From: Nitrospirae bacterium MYbin3
Lineage (GTDB): Bacteria; Nitrospirota; Thermodesulfovibrionia; Thermodesulfovibrionales; Dissulfurispiraceae
Direction of reading: 5' to 3'
NCBI GenBank assembly: GCA_002753335.1
Contig: PEAD01000015.1
Location: 50,939 to 70,938, forward strand
Length of the DNA: 20,000 nt
Part shown: positions 16,858 to 20,000 of the stretch, one piece after another
Layout: each line of letters begins with the position of its first letter
Position numbering within the stretch: position 1 is the first letter of the stretch
The notes under the pieces: generated by a model
Seen by the model: the letters and a program-made list of their open reading frames with translations, nothing else
Told to the model about the DNA's origin: nothing
Database searches by the model: none
Translations under genes and position numbers: made by a program

Positions 16858-16910
16858 TCTTAATTCCGGTTATTTTACAATACTGCAAATTCCGAAAACA
16901 ATACTCATCT

Positions 16911-16941
16911 TTACCTTTTGAGGATTATCCGTTACCTTTTG
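16911..16941. promoter_or_regulatory. Candidate upstream activator site: 10-bp direct repeat
   Basis: ttaccttttg at 16911-16920 and 16932-16941 (21-bp period) flanks the palindrome ggattatcc; about 80-110 nt upstream of the predicted sigma54 start site. Confidence 0.5.
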
Positions 16942-16945
16942 GGAA

Positions 16946-18034
16946 CTAATCCTCCATCGGCTTTATGAACATAAAGTATGTCATGGTCCAGTTGCCGAGT
17001 ATTATAAAAATAGTTGCCAATATGCTCTGAAGCGAAAGCGCCGACACACCTGTCAGCGAGTGCCCCACTGTTCAGCCACCGGCAACGGCAGCGCCGAATC
17101 CCATCACGAGCCCTCCGCAAAAAACCTTAAGAACTTCGGAGGCATCACGCGGAATAGTCAGCTTGAACTCGCTGAGCCCCTTAGCGCTCAAATATGCGCC
17201 TAGCGGAATCCCAAAAACATACAGAGCGCTCCACGAACCAGTTGCCACGCCCCAGAAATTGAACATCGGGTCTTTGGCCATGCTGTTGCCCATCGCCAGC
17301 ATTAATGCGGCCTCCGAGGTTGGACCTGCTGCAGAAATACCGCGCGCCTGTCCGCCATAATAGTAGGACGCCCACCACGCAATCATAACTGTCACGCCTA
17401 CGAGCGCACCGCCCACAGACCATGACCAGCCCTTTTTAGGCCCTTTGCCAAAAGGGTTCCCCCTTAGTATAACAATCAAAAAAATAAGCGTTATAATGCC
17501 TATTACCGGCCATTTCATTTCGGGGCCGCCCAATATGTCCCATAAGGCCGGGGAAGATATTGCGTTTTCCCCCTCGCCAATAGAAACCTTGTAACTTTTT
17601 ATATACTGACTTATCGGCTTAAGCGGTCCGTGCATTGTAGCAAGAAGCGACAGCACAAAACCGAAGGTCGTAACAAGAGCGGCCAGCTGCCCTTCGCCCT
17701 GTTTGTACAAAATGCCTGTGCCGCATCCGCCGCCCACCACTATGCCGAGTCCGAAAATATATCCCCCTACGATTGCGGCAATAGGAGCGAACGCTTGACG
17801 TCTGAGACCGTCCTCGCCCAGCATGCCGATGCTCTCCATGAGATTTGAGCCTATTATAGCGATGAAAAGCGCGAGAAACCATGCCCTAAAAAGCGTAATG
17901 TCGTTCACAAAGATCACGTCTCTGAACGCTGAGTTCATTCAGTATCTGCCACGCTGCAAAACAAAGCCGAGCATAACGCCTACGCCAAGACCGCTCAGCA
18001 AAACCATGATAGTTGCCTGTGGTATCTGCTCCAT
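16946..18034 (-). CDS. YeeE/YedE (TsuA-like) sulfur/selenium compound transporter, predicted selenoprotein with two Sec (U32, U321), 362 aa
   Basis: RBS GGGGAGG at 18040-18046. Frame reads MEQIPQATIMVLLSGLGVGVMLGFVLQRGRY-TGA(17939-17941)-MNSAFRD...GGYIFGLGIVVGGGCGTG...GGLVMGFGAAVAGG-TGA(17072-17074)-TVGHSLTGVSALSLQSILATIFIILGNWTMTYFMFIKPMED-TAG. Both TGAs fall at conserved Cys positions of the family (QRxRFC and GGCxxG motifs). Confidence 0.9.
17039..17058 (-). promoter_or_regulatory. Putative bacterial SECIS element for the second Sec codon
   Basis: CGCTGACA-GGTG-TGTCGGCG: 8-bp stem (one G-U) starting after a 13-nt spacer from the TGA, loop GGUG with its first G at +22. Confidence 0.8.
17902..17928 (-). 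promoter_or_regulatory. Putative bacterial SECIS element for the first Sec codon
   Basis: CGTTCA-GAGA-CGTGA-TCTT-TG-TGAACG: 6+4 bp stem with a 2-nt bulge, starting after a 10-nt spacer from the TGA, loop CGUGA with G at +22. Confidence 0.7.
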
Positions 18035-18262
18035 CACTACCTCCCCTTTAGTTTATTAAAAGGCCAAAGGCCTCCTGTGTAACCGGCAAAAAATAAATGC
18101 TATCTTTGTATCATAAAAAGGGGGGAAAAGTAAAACCAGCAATAAAAAAAAGCTAATACGCGGATGAGCTTTGTTTATATGCTTAAATCCAAGAATCGGT
18201 TTAGTGCGTATGTCAGAATTTTAAGAGTGCTTCTCATAAAAGCAGCAAATGAAATTATACCG

Positions 18263-19531
18263 CTATATCCGGCCCTGTCCCTTTAGTATCTTTACAAGCA
18301 GCTTTACAAGCTCCGGATCGAAGTTGCCCTTTTCTCCAGTCTCTTTAAGTATCTTCTCAAGGGCCGCAAACGGAGTGAGCGGCTGCTTAAACGGCCGCCT
18401 TGTTGTTAACGCATCGTAACAATCAACCAGCGATAATATTTTGCCGAACGGAGTTATGGCTATCCCTCTTAGTCCGAACGGGTATCCTAGTCCCGATACG
18501 CGCTCGTGATGCTGCTGTACACCAACAATTGCTTCCCGAGGAATTCCATTGTTCTGTATAAGGCTTATGCCGTCTGTAACATGTTTTTTCCAGATCACAA
18601 ATTCTTCGTTTGTAAGCGCCTCTCTTTTATGCAGTATTGACGAATGAAGATTCTTCTTTCCCACATCATGCATCATCGCTCCCATAGCAAGCTTCTCTAT
18701 CTGGGACTGATCCATTCCCATAGCAAGCGCAATGGCTGTTGACAACACAGCAACATTGGTGGAGTGATTATATAAATGCATATCACCGGCGCTGACTGTA
18801 AGCATATTGCTTAGAGTGGCCTCTTTGCGTCTCAGCACACTTATCACCTGGTTGGCCGAGACGACCACCCCGTCTATATTCTTGGAGCTGCCAGGGTCGG
18901 AAAGAAAGTCCCTAATGTTCATTTTTGCACTTTCTTTTATTCCGGCAATCTTAGCCTGCATAGCTGAACTATCCGTTGAAGAGGTTTTGGACAGGCCCGA
19001 GATATATTCCCTAAATAATTTTATATCCGCTATTTTTATAGCCAAGCCGCCCGAAACTGTTTTTATATTTTCTGTAACAGGAACATGTCTGTCTGGCATA
19101 GTTTCGATAAGCGGTGAAAACTGAGTGCCGACATTATTGAATATACTGAAATTCACCCTGGATCCGGGAGCAAAAACAAGCTTGCTGACATGATGGAATT
19201 CGTCTTTGGTTTTTGTGTATGAATGGTAATCTGGCTCTGCAGGTTTAGGTGCAGCGGAAGAAGGAGCCTTGAAAAACTCTTTAATCTGCGTTGGATCGCC
19301 TTCAACATACAGATACAAAATGCCTTTAGACTTCAAGGATGCTTTTATGTCCTGATCAAACTTGGTCCATTTCTTTAAAATACATGCATACCCGATGCCT
19401 TCTTTGCTGTAAACATCAAATGGAACCTTGAAGCCCAAAAGAAAAGATTCTATGCTTACCGGAACCTTGGGTTTTTGTGCAGTTCCGGCAGGACTTCCGG
19501 AAATAGTATTTTGGGCCACGCTTGAGTTCAT
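18263..19531 (-). CDS. HD-GYP domain protein (probable cyclic dinucleotide phosphodiesterase)
   Basis: 'YNHSTNVA', 'MHDVGK', 'KHVTDG', 'QHHERVSGLGYPFGL', 'VDCYDALTTRRPFK', 'FDPELV'; the N-terminal region is not recognised. Confidence 0.92.
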   Translation of the reverse strand: MNSSVAQNTISGSPAGTAQKPKVPVSIESFLLGFKVPFDVYSKEGIGYACILKKWTKFDQDIKASLKSKGILYLYVEGDPTQIKEFFKAPSSAAPKPAEPDYHSYTKTKDEFHHVSKLVFAPGSRVNFSIFNNVGTQFSPLIETMPDRHVPVTENIKTVSGGLAIKIADIKLFREYISGLSKTSSTDSSAMQAKIAGIKESAKMNIRDFLSDPGSSKNIDGVVVSANQVISVLRRKEATLSNMLTVSAGDMHLYNHSTNVAVLSTAIALAMGMDQSQIEKLAMGAMMHDVGKKNLHSSILHKREALTNEEFVIWKKHVTDGISLIQNNGIPREAIVGVQQHHERVSGLGYPFGLRGIAITPFGKILSLVDCYDALTTRRPFKQPLTPFAALEKILKETGEKGNFDPELVKLLVKILKGQGRI

Positions 19532-19533
19532 AT

Positions 19534-19543
19534 CCCCCCCCCC
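19534..19543 (-). repeat. G10 homopolymer at the HD-GYP ribosome-binding site
   Basis: Ten consecutive C on the plus strand; minus strand reads AA-GGGGGGGGGG-AT-ATG. Confidence 0.85.
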
Positions 19544-19614
19544 TTGTTATCTCTTCAAGTTGTTAATTCGTCATTGTTTAAATCAGAGCCAAGATTTACA
19601 ATGGCCTGCGAGAG

Positions 19615-20000
19615 TCATTCTTCGCGAAAGGCCTCTTCACGCTTCTTTGTCAGGGCAGGCAGGCTCGCAAGCACAACCGCCACAACTCCGAGCACAAGCA
19701 GGGTTGCGCTTATAGGCCGTGTGACGAAAACCGTCAAGTCTCCGCGCGAAAGCAGCATGGCTCTTCTGAGATACTCTTCCATCAGCGGACCTAAAATAAA
19801 GGCCAGAAGCATAGGCGCGGGCTCGCAGTCAAGCTTTGTAAACATATAGCCCAAAACCCCGAACAATGCCATCATGTATATGGAAAACTCGCTGTTATTA
19901 AGGCTGAAGACGCCGATTCCGCAAAAGACCAAAATGGCAGGAAACAATAACTGGTAAGGAACGCTTACCATTCTGACCCATATGCCGATTAAAGGAAGGT
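19615..20000 (-). CDS. tctA: Tripartite tricarboxylate transporter permease TctA (C-terminal part; 5' end outside the window)
   Basis: 'LPLIGIWVRMVSVPYQLLFPAILVFCGIGVFS', 'EPAPMLLAFILGPLMEEYLRRAMLLSRGDLTVFVTRPISA' match the TctA C-terminus; the frame is open to the window edge. Confidence 0.92.
   Translation of the reverse strand, partial: LPLIGIWVRMVSVPYQLLFPAILVFCGIGVFSLNNSEFSIYMMALFGVLGYMFTKLDCEPAPMLLAFILGPLMEEYLRRAMLLSRGDLTVFVTRPISATLLVLGVVAVVLASLPALTKKREEAFREE

Noticed and set aside
16805..16888. N-terminal extension of the KD-repeat ORF (MQYCKITG...)
   Set aside because: It spans the sigma54 promoter and RBS; the signal peptide starts at the ATG at 16804.
16932..17120. 62-aa ORF (MRRARDG...) in the ORF track
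   Set aside because: Alternate-frame shadow over the true C-terminus of the read-through YeeE.
16946..18034. yeeE as a pseudogene with two nonsense mutations, or a UGA=Trp/Gly genetic code
   Set aside because: Both stops are TGA at conserved Cys columns with hairpins in the same register and no frameshifts; several other genes here end properly at TGA.
18035..18262. tRNA-Sec or other structured RNA upstream of yeeE
   Set aside because: AT-rich with no cloverleaf, T-loop or UCA anticodon arm visible.
166..19849. All plus-strand ORFs in the track
   Set aside because: They lie antisense to well-supported minus-strand genes and show no recognisable motifs.

Overview
All credible genes in this 20 kb window lie on the minus strand. 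In transcription order they are: tctA (partial), an HD-GYP protein, a YeeE/YedE transporter, a secreted Lys/Asp-repeat protein, a small secreted beta protein, a UvrA-family ATPase, an FG-GAP/VCBS protein, uppS-cdsA-dxr-rseP, a NUDIX hydrolase, rfaE2, pilMNOPQ and the minor pilins FimT/PilV/PilW (last one partial). Gene content and style suggest a Nitrospirota- or Desulfobacterota-like diderm bacterium (inference). The main hidden signal is that the ORF track truncates the YeeE/YedE gene at both ends. The real gene appears to be 16946..18034 (362 aa), with two in-frame TGA codons at two of the family's three conserved Cys motifs (QRGRY-U, GG-U-TVG). Each TGA is followed by a SECIS-like hairpin with a loop G at +22, so this looks like a double-selenocysteine sulfur/selenium oxyanion transporter. 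Directly downstream is a sigma54-driven, separately terminated gene for a secreted (A/D)DKK-repeat protein ending in a lone C-terminal Gly-Cys, a candidate periplasmic S/Se carrier. Other signals are a second sigma54 promoter for Cys-rich minor pilins, probable leaderless promoters for uvrA and pilM, a G10 tract at the HD-GYP RBS, and a non-lipoprotein PilP with DNKT repeats.
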